From positions 2,112,001 to 2,176,000 of the forward strand of contig CBDFJQ010000002.1 of assembly GCA_965248575.1 (NCBI GenBank): 64,000 nt of DNA, written 5' to 3'. Below are positions 19,601-27,998 of this stretch, piece after piece (position 1 is the first letter of the stretch; each line of letters begins with the position of its first letter). Under the pieces are notes generated by a model that saw only the letters and a program-made list of their open reading frames with translations, did not search any database and was not told the DNA's origin. Both the position numbers and the translations under genes were made by a program. The stretch comes from Planctomycetota bacterium. Lineage in GTDB: Bacteria > Planctomycetota > B15-G4.

Positions 19601-21283
19601 CTGGGCCAACATGCTTTCTTGGGTCAGCAAGACCGGGGCCCGGGTGTCCTCCAGCAAGAAGCGCAGGCGTTCTTCCGGGTAGGCTGGATCGATGGGCACA
19701 TAGGCGCCGCCCGCCTTGAGGATCCCCAGGATCCCCACCGCCATGTCCAATGTGCGTTCGATACACAGGGCCACGAGGATGTCGGGTCCGACGCCCCGCG
19801 CTTGCAGGTGGTGCGCCAGCTGGTTGGCGCGCTCGTCCAACTCGCGATAGGTGAGCGTCTCGTCGTTCTGGCGCACGGCGATGGCATCGGGCGTGGCCTG
19901 CGCCTGCTCCTCGATCCACTGATGGGCGCAGAAGTCCTTGCGGTACTCGGCGTCCGTGTCGTTGAAGTCGATGAGCAGGGCTTGCCGCTCATCCGCCGCC
20001 AAAGCGTCGAGTTCTTGAAGAGGCGTCGCGGGTCGCGCAGAAGCGTCTGCCAACAAGGCCTCAAACTGCCCGGCCAGGCGTTCCGCCGTCTGCGTCTTCA
20101 AGGCAGAGCTGTCCACGTCCAGCGACAGCTCATAGCCAGCCTCCGACCGCAGGCAGCTGAGCTGAGCAACGAATCGATCCTGAGCGCTGCGCGTCTCCAG
20201 CACACGAAAGGACACATCGCCTGCTGCATGGCTGGCGACCGCCGTGGCGTACTCGAAGCTGTAGGGCAGAAAGGCCCGCCCACCCGCAAGCGCAGCAGCC
20301 CGATCACCGAATCCATCCCAGGAGAAGCAGGCCTGCCAGCGACGAGCGACTTCCAAACCCGGTGCGAGAGCTTGGATGGCTGCTTCGAAGGCGGTGTCCC
20401 CTTCCAACGCGACGCCAACCGGCACGCTCCGCGCGAGGGGACCCAAGGTGCCCGCCAACTCATCCAGCTCGCGTCCGTCGCAGACCAGGCCCAGAACGGA
20501 CTGCGCCTCGTTGGAGAGCCGGCGCAGCAGGGCAGCCCAGGCCGTGAACAAGACGGACTCCGTGGACACGCCCAAGCGAGAGGCCAGCGCCTCGGTTGCG
20601 GCGACGGTCTCCGCTGCCAGGGATCGTGTCACGCGCAGGGGCGCGAAGCCCCCTGGTGTCTCCTGGAATGGAACCACCAAGGTCGTGAGAGCGGAGAGGT
20701 CCAGCCGTCGCCAGTAGTCCCGGCCAGGCTCCGACTCTTCGGACTCGAGCAGCTCTTGCTGCCACTCGGCCACGTCCGCGTACTGCAACGGAGCCTCGTC
20801 CTCGGAGTCTGCGACCGCTTCGGCAGCGGGTTCAGCAGCGGGCCCCTCGAGGGTCGCCTCGTAGGCTCGCGCCAGCTCGCTCGTGAACACGTCCAGGCTC
20901 TCGCGATCCGCGCACAGGCCGGGCAGGCTCAGGTGCAGGTCGTGCACCCCCTCGGATCGAGGGACGCACGCCACCCGCAGCAGCCGGTCGCTCTCCAGAT
21001 CGAAGGGTGCATCGAAAGCCGAATCCCGTGCGTCCGCGATGCGGACGGAGCCACTCTCGCGGATGACCTGCTCGGCCCCACCTGCTGCCGTGGCGACAAA
21101 GTAGGTGCGCAGGATTTCCAGCTCGTGCACCAGGCGATCCAAGGCCTGTTGCAACCGCCCCCGGTCGAGGGGGCCGCGAATCTCCACGCGCGAGCCACAA
21201 CGAAACGCATCCCCTCCCTCAGCGGCGTGAAGCGCCCACAGGTGTTCCTGCTGAGGGGAGAGGCGGAAGCCTTCGTGAGTCAT
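16610..21283 (-). CDS. NRPS module C*(degenerate)-A-PCP-E; A domain His-like
   Basis: The C-like domain has PGLCADRES in place of HHxxxDG. A-domain core motifs present, code read as DSVLIAEVFK. PCP GGDSI; E domain HHLAVDGVSW, LEGHGRE, RTVGWFT. Confidence 0.95.
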   Translation of the reverse strand: MTHEGFRLSPQQEHLWALHAAEGGDAFRCGSRVEIRGPLDRGRLQQALDRLVHELEILRTYFVATAAGGAEQVIRESGSVRIADARDSAFDAPFDLESDRLLRVACVPRSEGVHDLHLSLPGLCADRESLDVFTSELARAYEATLEGPAAEPAAEAVADSEDEAPLQYADVAEWQQELLESEESEPGRDYWRRLDLSALTTLVVPFQETPGGFAPLRVTRSLAAETVAATEALASRLGVSTESVLFTAWAALLRRLSNEAQSVLGLVCDGRELDELAGTLGPLARSVPVGVALEGDTAFEAAIQALAPGLEVARRWQACFSWDGFGDRAAALAGGRAFLPYSFEYATAVASHAAGDVSFRVLETRSAQDRFVAQLSCLRSEAGYELSLDVDSSALKTQTAERLAGQFEALLADASARPATPLQELDALAADERQALLIDFNDTDAEYRKDFCAHQWIEEQAQATPDAIAVRQNDETLTYRELDERANQLAHHLQARGVGPDILVALCIERTLDMAVGILGILKAGGAYVPIDPAYPEERLRFLLEDTRAPVLLTQESMLAQLPTADAEVVCMDSDRSAIDEHPRTAPRSSVSPSNLVYVIYTSGSTGKPKGVVITHEKLVISNTARVNAFGHTPSNFLLLSSVAFDSSVVGIFWALCGGGTLFLIPEGQQKDIAQIPRSIAQYDISHLLTLPSFYRLILDQAAEQAAAAGGQHPLAGMHTVIVAGEACPLNMVEVHKAALPGVGLFSEYGATETTVFSSVYDCLSQTLSIAPVGGPIENAQMYVLDERLTPCPTGVPGEVHFGGIALAVGYLNREQLTAERFVPNPFGAEGTRLYKSGDLARHLENGDVEFLGRLDNQVKIRGYRIELEEIEAVLLSHPGVKEAAVLALTDLSAEKRLIGYVVPEGVGVQPAPSVNELRAHVQETLPEFMTPAVFVFMDDFPRTPNGKTDRKALPEPGSERPELESEFAAPCSAAEVALAGIWSDVLGLERIGVDDNFFELGGDSILSIQVVSRAKALGLKLSARQVFEHQTIRALVAVAEVTGVAVASVADQGPVTGAVPLTPVQRWFFELGLPQPAHWNMPMLLDVVRPLDAAHLEQALGALCEHHDALRLRFQQQGGEWSQEIAALDTGGAGAAGAGSLVYQEDLSSLPEAQRQEELERRADVHHGAMDLQQGPLMRAVLFDIGQGRKRLLWFIHHLAVDGVSWRILLEDLDSALAQLERSEPVQLPRKTTSFKAWSEGLLSYAQSDALSSETEFWSRQAGRAPASAPPVDHADGENIESSVEKVRVALDAEQTRALLSEVPSTYNTQINDILLTAYVHACAEWTGASNVLLNLEGHGREDVLDGADLSRTVGWFTTDYPVLLADTVPFEAGAAIRSMKEQLRAVPNNGFGYGVARHLSQAPVPAAGSPPPALSPVLGFNYLGQFDQLFRDEDRFRYCEASSGAFAHPDGPRVFQLEVYGMVSGGRLELDFEFSRNVHERSTVQALADSFLSTLRALIEHCLSPEAGGFTTSDFSDFAWGDADLSSITDAIQKSQSTPGSDAQPDTPSGGEGGS

Positions 21284-21331
21284 GGCATGAACAGGGCTTG
21301 CTGGAACGGTGGCGCGGGACGGCGAGCGGCC

Positions 21332-22327
21332 TCAGGAACCGCTGCCCCCCGGGCGGAGATCAAAGATGGCGCTGTAGGGGATCGAGAGATCCCGCTGCCC
21401 CTTGCACTCCCAACCCGCCTCCTCGAAGAGGTCCATCCACTCCGCGACGTTCGGGATGAACTGACCCATGAGGTCATGGGTGAACTCGAAGCCCAGGGTG
21501 AAGATGGGCGGCATCTCACCGGGGATCGGCAAGTCCGAGCGGTAGGTGTCGCTGAAGAGGAAGCGCTTCAGGTTCGGGAAGGCCTGGCGGATCGAGGTGA
21601 AGGCCCGCAGGCAGTTGGGCCGCGGCCACAGGTCGTGCCCCATGAAGAAGCAGAACAACACTTCCACTTCCTCGAATTCCGGTTGGTAGACGAGGTTCTT
21701 CACGTCGAAGTGCACCACCGAGACGCGATCCTCGAGGCCTGCCGACTTGATGGAACGCTGGGCGAGGTCCACGGCACCCTTGTTTACCTCCACGCCGACC
21801 CCCCGGAACTCGGGACGTGCGCGAGCCAGGCCCATGAGGCGCTCCGCGCTGCCGCAGCCCAGGTCCGCCGCCACCGTGAACGGCATCTCGGCCATGGCCT
21901 CCGTGAAGTGCGGGTCGACGAAGCGCCCGCCGTAGTCGCGGCCAGCCATGGCGATGTACTTGCCGTCACGCCCGATGCCATCCGTCGTGCAGTTGTTCTC
22001 CTTCACGATCGTCGCGAGGTTCTGCATCAGGTTGCCGTAGCCGCGCATGAGCCACAGGAAGTAGCCCTTGTCCGCCATGACCTCATCGAACTTCGGGCCG
22101 GGCGTGGCGGTCTTGCGGTCGTCCGACATGGTCACGAAGGAGTAGCGTGCCAGAACCAGCAGGATTGAGGTCACCGACCACGGGTGCAGGTTGCCCTCGT
22201 TGCAGAAGGCCTCCACGTCCAGCGAGCCCTTGTCCTTGATGGCATCCAAGAGCCCGAGCTCGAAACTGGCCGAGATGGCCGAGGCCCCGATGGCGGCGTT
22301 GTAGAGATTGGTGGTTTCGTTGGTCAT
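21332..22327 (-). CDS. MppJ-like SAM-dependent 2-oxo-acid C3-methyltransferase
   Basis: ADLGCGSAERL, CFFMGHDLWPRPNC and FTLGFEFTHDLMG match my recollection of the phenylpyruvate C3-methyltransferase MppJ, including both metal-binding His residues. Start is ATG 22327, just after the SHMT stop. Confidence 0.85.
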   Translation of the reverse strand: MTNETTNLYNAAIGASAISASFELGLLDAIKDKGSLDVEAFCNEGNLHPWSVTSILLVLARYSFVTMSDDRKTATPGPKFDEVMADKGYFLWLMRGYGNLMQNLATIVKENNCTTDGIGRDGKYIAMAGRDYGGRFVDPHFTEAMAEMPFTVAADLGCGSAERLMGLARARPEFRGVGVEVNKGAVDLAQRSIKSAGLEDRVSVVHFDVKNLVYQPEFEEVEVLFCFFMGHDLWPRPNCLRAFTSIRQAFPNLKRFLFSDTYRSDLPIPGEMPPIFTLGFEFTHDLMGQFIPNVAEWMDLFEEAGWECKGQRDLSIPYSAIFDLRPGGSGS

Positions 22328-22331
22328 CGTC

Positions 22332-23693
22332 TCAATCTTGGACGGGCGGATAGGTGGTGATGGGTCGCAGCGCGCACAAGCGCGCCACTCCTTCGAGGGC
22401 AGCGGCCTTGGCCGCCGGCTCGATGACGTATTCCTTGGGGGACACCTGCTCGGTGTGCGTGAGGATGTCGTGCACGATGTCGACGCACTCGACCATGTCG
22501 GCCGGCTCCATCTCGCGGATCGCGAGGCCGTTGGTCCCCAGCCGGATGCCGCTCGTGACGTGCGGCGAGTTCTTGTCGAAGGGGATGCGGTTCTTGTTGA
22601 CGACGATGCCGCACTCCTCAAGGGCCTTCTCGGCGTTCACGCCGGTGATCCCCTTTTGCGCCACGTCCACCACGACGATGTGGTTGTCGGTGCCACCGGT
22701 GATCACGCGGTAGCCCTTGGACATGAAGGCACCGGCCAAGGCCGTGCTGAGCGCGACGATCCGCTCGGCGACCCCTTTGAACTCGGGGCTACCCACGAAG
22801 CCCATGCCGCGCGCCTTGGCGGCGATGGAGCTCTGGTTCGGCGCGCCCTGGAAGAAGGGAAAGACCTTCTTCTGGATCGCCTGGGCCAGGGTCGTCTTGC
22901 CGTCGGGCGCGAGCGCGTCGTGGTCCTTGCCGATCATCACCAGCCCACCGCGACCGCCGTACAACTGCTTGTGCGTACAGGTCGTGGTGAAGTGCGCGTG
23001 GTCGATGGGGCTGGAGTGCACGCCGGCGGCCACCAGGCCAGCGATGTGCGTGATGTCCGCCAGCACATAGGCCCCCACCTCGTCCGCGATGGCACGGAAA
23101 CGCGCCCAATCGATCTCCCGGGCGTAGGCAGTGGTGCCACAGATGATGAGCTTCGGCTTGTGCTTCAGGGCCATCTCGTGGGCCTGGTCGTAGTTGAGGC
23201 GCTCGTTCTCGTCCAGGCCGTAACCGTAGGCCTGGAAGACCTGCCCCGAGAGAGAGGCCTTGCTGCCGTGCGTAAGGTGCCCACCGCTGTCCAGCTCCAT
23301 GCCCAGCAGCGTGTCGCCTGCCTTGAGGATGCTGAACATCACGATCTCGTTGGCCGAGGTCGCTGTCATCGGCTGCACGTTGGCGTACTTCGCACCGAAG
23401 ACATCACAGACCCGATCGATGGCCAGCTGTTCGATCTCGTCGATGTGGCGGCAGCCGGCGTGGAAGCGTTTGCCTGGGTAGCCCTCAGCCGTGACGTTCA
23501 TGGCGATCATGGCTTCGCAGATCAAAGCGGACGGATCCGCCACGCTGCTGGAAGCGACCATGGACAGCACGTCGGCCTGGCGCCGGTACTCGTTGTCGAG
23601 GATGGTGTAGAGCTCGGGGTCCTGGTCGGCGAGGCGCGCCACGGCTGCGGCAGCGAATCGACCCAGGTTGCTCTGCGCGATGGAATCAGACAC
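22332..23693 (-). CDS. Divergent serine hydroxymethyltransferase-like PLP enzyme
   Basis: AEGYPGKR, ANVQP, GGHLTHG, PLP-Lys motif CTHKQLYGGRGG, GGTDNH and SGIRLGT; embedded between NRPS genes. Confidence 0.9.
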   Translation of the reverse strand: MSDSIAQSNLGRFAAAAVARLADQDPELYTILDNEYRRQADVLSMVASSSVADPSALICEAMIAMNVTAEGYPGKRFHAGCRHIDEIEQLAIDRVCDVFGAKYANVQPMTATSANEIVMFSILKAGDTLLGMELDSGGHLTHGSKASLSGQVFQAYGYGLDENERLNYDQAHEMALKHKPKLIICGTTAYAREIDWARFRAIADEVGAYVLADITHIAGLVAAGVHSSPIDHAHFTTTCTHKQLYGGRGGLVMIGKDHDALAPDGKTTLAQAIQKKVFPFFQGAPNQSSIAAKARGMGFVGSPEFKGVAERIVALSTALAGAFMSKGYRVITGGTDNHIVVVDVAQKGITGVNAEKALEECGIVVNKNRIPFDKNSPHVTSGIRLGTNGLAIREMEPADMVECVDIVHDILTHTEQVSPKEYVIEPAAKAAALEGVARLCALRPITTYPPVQD

Positions 23694-23777
23694 GGCGGCT
23701 CCACTTCTTGTTGTCGCACATCAGGCGATTGTCGCGGGTGAGACGATGCGATGTTGAGGATGGGGATCTTGGGGGTG

Positions 23778-26700
23778 TCATGAGTCCGCGGCGTCCATCT
23801 GCGCAGCCACTTCCTCATCCGACAACTCGTCCAGGGACTGAAGGATGAGGCAGACTTCCTCCACGTCGACGCCAGCGTCCGCACCCTTCTCCGTGATGCG
23901 CTTCGACAGCTGGGAGACCGTGGGGTGCTCGAAGATCTCGCCGAGCGAAATGCCGAAGGGGAAGAACTGGTTCAGGCGGGTCTGGATCAGCACGGCCAGC
24001 AGCGAGTGCCCGCCGAGTTCGAAGAAGCTGTCGTGGATGCCCACGCGATCGAAGGCCAGCACGTCGACCCAGACCCCGCTCACCACCGCTTCGACCGGCG
24101 TGACCGGCGCCTCGAATTCAGCGTCCATCTCGGGGCGCGAGGTGTCGGGCTCGGGCAGACGCTTGCGATCCACCTTGCCGTTGGGCGAGAGCGGCATGGC
24201 GTCCAACGGCACGTAGAGCGTCGGCACCATGTACTCGGGTAGCTGAGCGCCCAAGGCCTTGCGCAGCTCGGGGCCCAGGCGCCGGGAGAGCTTTCCGGAC
24301 ATGGGGTTGTTGGCGAAGGACGCCGCCGTGCGTGCGACAGCCGCGTCCGCGTCCAGCTCCAGGCCGGTCCCGTCGGGGAAGAGCGTGGCCGGCCGGGCCT
24401 GCCCTTCCTCGATGCGGGCGAAAGCCACATCGAAACAACCGCCAGCGAGGTCCTTGGAGAAGCGCACCTCGGCCGCGTAGCCCAGCTCTTCGGCCAAGGC
24501 CCACCAGTGCTCTGGGTTCTGGCCCGGGCGTTCAGCAAAGCGAGCGTCCACTACTGCCCGAAGCTCTCCCGCCGTGGCAGGTGGCGTGTCGCCAGCCAGC
24601 TCGCCATGCAGAAGGGCGACTGTCGCCACGTCCCGCTCCACCCGCAGGTTGGGGATGTCGTGCACGCAGAGCCGGGCCACTTCGCCCGAGGACAAGCGTG
24701 CGCGCACGGACTCGAGGTCCAGGGAGTCTGCGCCCCAGTCCAGCCGGATGGCATCCACAGCGCCAGGCGCCGGCGCCTCGCCCACCTGGAGCGTCACGTC
24801 GTAGCGGAAGGCGTTGAGCTCGTTGATGAAGTCGCCGCGCTTGAGCTGCACGCTGACCGCGCAGACCTCGGACAACTGGGTGGCCAACCAAGGGAAGAAG
24901 GCCGGGTCGATGACCAGCTCCTCCTCGTGGCGGATGAGCCGCCCGATGCGTGCCTGCAGCTGCTCCAGCGAGAGCTCGTCGCCTGCCTGGAACAACTGCA
25001 CAGAGGACTGGTAGGCCTCGAGCAGCGGCAGGCCGCGCACGTCGCCCACGAAGAGCGTCCCCCCGGGGGCCACCGCTTTGGCAGCGCCGCGCAGGACGTC
25101 CATCAGGTAGTCCATGGACGGGAAGTCGAGGATGATCGAGTTGAGCACGACGCAGTCCAGGCTGTCCGGCTCGACACCTGAGAAGTCGTCGGCCCACTTG
25201 CGCGCCAATTCCACCTGCGTGAGACCCAGGGGCTGCTTGTGCTTGTCGACCCAGTCGAGGGCCACAGTGCTGAAGTCGGTCCCGATGTAGCGCGAACAGT
25301 GTGGCGCGATGCGGAACAGCAGCAGCCCCATGCCGCAGCCGATCTCCAGCACCCGGTCGGGCTGGTGGCAGCGGATGCGGTCCACGGTCTGCTCGACCCA
25401 CACGCGCATCTGCTCCGGCGGCAGCGGCTTGGCGGTGTACGAGGAATCCCAGCTGATGATGTTGAAGGTCGGGTCGTCCACCTCGGCGGCCGCACTCCCG
25501 GCGTAGGCGTGGTCGTAAACCGTCGCCCACTGCTCCACCTGCTCCGCACCCAGGTCCTGGAGGTCTTCTTCCGGCCCGGTCCAGTCGGGGTCCTGGACGA
25601 CGTAGGCCACGAGCCGCTTCTCGCCAGCACCGTCGTCCTTGGTGGCCACGACACCCTCGCGCACAGCGGGGTGTTCCACGAGTCGGGATTCGATCTCGCC
25701 CAACTCGATGCGATACCCGCGCAGCTTCACCTGGTTGTCCATCCGCCCCAGCAACTCCAGGTTGCCGTCCGGCATCCAGCGCGCAAGGTCGCCCGTGCGG
25801 TACATGCGTTCACCCGGCACGAAGGGGCAGTCCACGAAGCGTTCGGCCGTCAGCTCCGGGCGCTGGTAGTACCCGCGCCCCACGCCGATGCCGCCGAGGT
25901 AGAGCTCTCCGGGCACACCGATGGGCAGAGGGCCGAGCAGGTCGTCCAGCACATAGGCCGTCTGATTCGACATGGGCTCCCCGTAGGGAATGCTCTTCCA
26001 GGACGGGTCGACCTCCAGCACCTCGAAGATCGTGCTGTCCATGGAGCATTCCGTCGCCCCACCCATGCTGATGACCTGCACATCGTCCACGAGAGCGCGC
26101 AGGCGATCCGGCAGCGAGACCGGGATCCAATCCCCGCCCAGCAACACGAGCCGCAGGGAGTGCGGCACCGCTTCGGCGTCCGTCTCGATGAAGTCCACCA
26201 GCATCTTCAGCATGGCCGGCGCTGTGTGCCAAATGGTGACCGAGGCGTCCTGCATGAGCGACGCCCAGTGGGTCGGATCCTGCATACCCTCTGGGTTCGG
26301 CAACACGATCGTCGAGCCCGCCGCCAAGCTGCCGAACACATCGTAGGCACACATGTCGAAGGACAGGGACGCGAGAGCGATGACGGCATCGCCCTCACTC
26401 ACCGAGAAGCGCCGGTTGAAGTCGAGGAAGTTGTTCACCCGCCCCTGGTGGTTGAGCATCACGCCCTTGGGCGCGCCGGTCGAGCCCGAGGTGTAGATGA
26501 CGTAGGCGAGGTTCTGGCAGTCGGCTCCCGAGTCGAAGCGCTCGGTGCTCTCCGCCGCAAAGCACGTCGGCTCATCCAAAAGCACGAGCTGTGCATCCGA
26601 GGGCGGCAACTGCTCGGCGAGGTGTGACTGGCTCAACAGCACCGGGACCTTGCTGTCCTCGAGCATGTACTCGATGCGCTGGCGCGGGTAAGCCGGGTCC

Positions 26701-27674
26701 ATGGGCACGTAGGCGCCACCAGCCTTGGCGATCCCCAACAAGCCCACCACCATCTCAAGCGAACGTTCAACGGAGATGCCCACCATCACGTCGGGACCAA
26801 CCCCCAACCCACGCAGGTGATGCGCCACTCGGTTCGCGGCTCGGTCAAGCTCGGCGTAGCTCATGCGCTGGCCGCGGAAGACGGCTGCCGTCGCGTCCGG
26901 GCTCGCGTCGCAGCGTTCCTCGAACAAGCCGTGCAGGGTGGCGTCGCGAGGAAAGTCGATCTGCTTGGCGTTCCAATCCACGAGCACTCGCTGCAGCTCG
27001 CTTTCCGTCATGAACGACAGGCTGTGCACGGGCGCGTCGAGATCCGCGGCGGCCCTTGCCAGCAAGACCCCGAGATGGCCGGCCATGCGCTCCACCGCCG
27101 CCGGGCTGAACAGGTCGTCGTTGGCGACCAGGGCTCCCGTCCCCGTAGCCGAGTCGTCGACGCGCCAGATGAGATCGACGGTGTCACACGATCTGGGCAG
27201 TGCAGCGGCACCGATGGGGCACACAAAGAGCACGCTCAGCAGGTCCGTCGCCTGGCGCAATCCCAACGCGGGCAACAGCTCAGACAGGGGCACGGACGGG
27301 CCCTTCCGAAGCTCGGCCAGGGCCTCTCGCACCCGTCCAAAAAGAGAGCGGAAACTGGGCCGATCCGTGAGGTCCAGGCGCAGCACGTGAACGGCCTCGC
27401 CATCCGCCACACCCACGACCACATCCGTTTGGCCGGCCGTGCGCGTCAGCAGGCCGATCAATCCCGTCAGCAAGACGTCCGCCGCAGCGCCCTCAGCGCC
27501 CTCGTCGGAAAGACTGGAAATCGCTCTGAGAGCCCCTTCAGGCAGCTGAAACGCGTGTTCTGCTGCTCGATAGGCCTGGTGCACGGAACGCCCACGGCTG
27601 GTGGGCAGTTCGAGCGCCGGGGGGCAGGCCTGCAGGGCCCGAACCCGGGACTCCAAGGATGGATTTTCAGTCAT
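23778..27674 (-). CDS. NRPS starter-like module: partial C - A (interrupted by a methyltransferase) - PCP
   Basis: The N-terminus resembles only the second half of a C domain (LELPTSRGRS). YTSGSTGAPKG, LLGGDWIP and GGATE in the A domain; MT insert VLEIGCGMG between A8 and A9; PCP LGGHSL. Confidence 0.93.
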   Translation of the reverse strand: MTENPSLESRVRALQACPPALELPTSRGRSVHQAYRAAEHAFQLPEGALRAISSLSDEGAEGAAADVLLTGLIGLLTRTAGQTDVVVGVADGEAVHVLRLDLTDRPSFRSLFGRVREALAELRKGPSVPLSELLPALGLRQATDLLSVLFVCPIGAAALPRSCDTVDLIWRVDDSATGTGALVANDDLFSPAAVERMAGHLGVLLARAAADLDAPVHSLSFMTESELQRVLVDWNAKQIDFPRDATLHGLFEERCDASPDATAAVFRGQRMSYAELDRAANRVAHHLRGLGVGPDVMVGISVERSLEMVVGLLGIAKAGGAYVPMDPAYPRQRIEYMLEDSKVPVLLSQSHLAEQLPPSDAQLVLLDEPTCFAAESTERFDSGADCQNLAYVIYTSGSTGAPKGVMLNHQGRVNNFLDFNRRFSVSEGDAVIALASLSFDMCAYDVFGSLAAGSTIVLPNPEGMQDPTHWASLMQDASVTIWHTAPAMLKMLVDFIETDAEAVPHSLRLVLLGGDWIPVSLPDRLRALVDDVQVISMGGATECSMDSTIFEVLEVDPSWKSIPYGEPMSNQTAYVLDDLLGPLPIGVPGELYLGGIGVGRGYYQRPELTAERFVDCPFVPGERMYRTGDLARWMPDGNLELLGRMDNQVKLRGYRIELGEIESRLVEHPAVREGVVATKDDGAGEKRLVAYVVQDPDWTGPEEDLQDLGAEQVEQWATVYDHAYAGSAAAEVDDPTFNIISWDSSYTAKPLPPEQMRVWVEQTVDRIRCHQPDRVLEIGCGMGLLLFRIAPHCSRYIGTDFSTVALDWVDKHKQPLGLTQVELARKWADDFSGVEPDSLDCVVLNSIILDFPSMDYLMDVLRGAAKAVAPGGTLFVGDVRGLPLLEAYQSSVQLFQAGDELSLEQLQARIGRLIRHEEELVIDPAFFPWLATQLSEVCAVSVQLKRGDFINELNAFRYDVTLQVGEAPAPGAVDAIRLDWGADSLDLESVRARLSSGEVARLCVHDIPNLRVERDVATVALLHGELAGDTPPATAGELRAVVDARFAERPGQNPEHWWALAEELGYAAEVRFSKDLAGGCFDVAFARIEEGQARPATLFPDGTGLELDADAAVARTAASFANNPMSGKLSRRLGPELRKALGAQLPEYMVPTLYVPLDAMPLSPNGKVDRKRLPEPDTSRPEMDAEFEAPVTPVEAVVSGVWVDVLAFDRVGIHDSFFELGGHSLLAVLIQTRLNQFFPFGISLGEIFEHPTVSQLSKRITEKGADAGVDVEEVCLILQSLDELSDEEVAAQMDAADS

Positions 27675-27998
27675 GACGGGACGGTCTCAGGACAGCCTGG
27701 GGAGCTTATCTCGCGGCAAATCTGCGGGCAAGGCGAGCCGGTCCATGAGGCGCACTGCTTTTCCACCGAAGAGAGGCCGGGGCAAGCCCCCCGCTCGGCG
27801 CCTCGGGCCCAGCTCTGACAACCCATTGCCAACAGACCCAGGGGCGCTCTGCCGGAGCCCAAGCCAGGAGGGCGGCAGAGCCCTTTCGGCAAGATAGGAT
27901 GGAGGCTTGCTCGCACGTGATCGGACGTCTCTCTGGAGAGGGGCCCGTCGACGAGAACCCGAGCCGCACTTGAGTCCGATCGCCCTCAGCAGACCGCC

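Noticed and set aside
18521..22168. 1215-aa plus-strand ORF, and similar long antisense ORFs (5852-7840, 8950-10842, 41095-43101)
   Set aside because: Shadow frames antisense to well-supported genes; expected in high-GC DNA and lacking any domain motifs.
22332..23693. Calling the gene housekeeping glyA
   Set aside because: Active-site substitutions and the NRPS context argue against it; symbol withheld.
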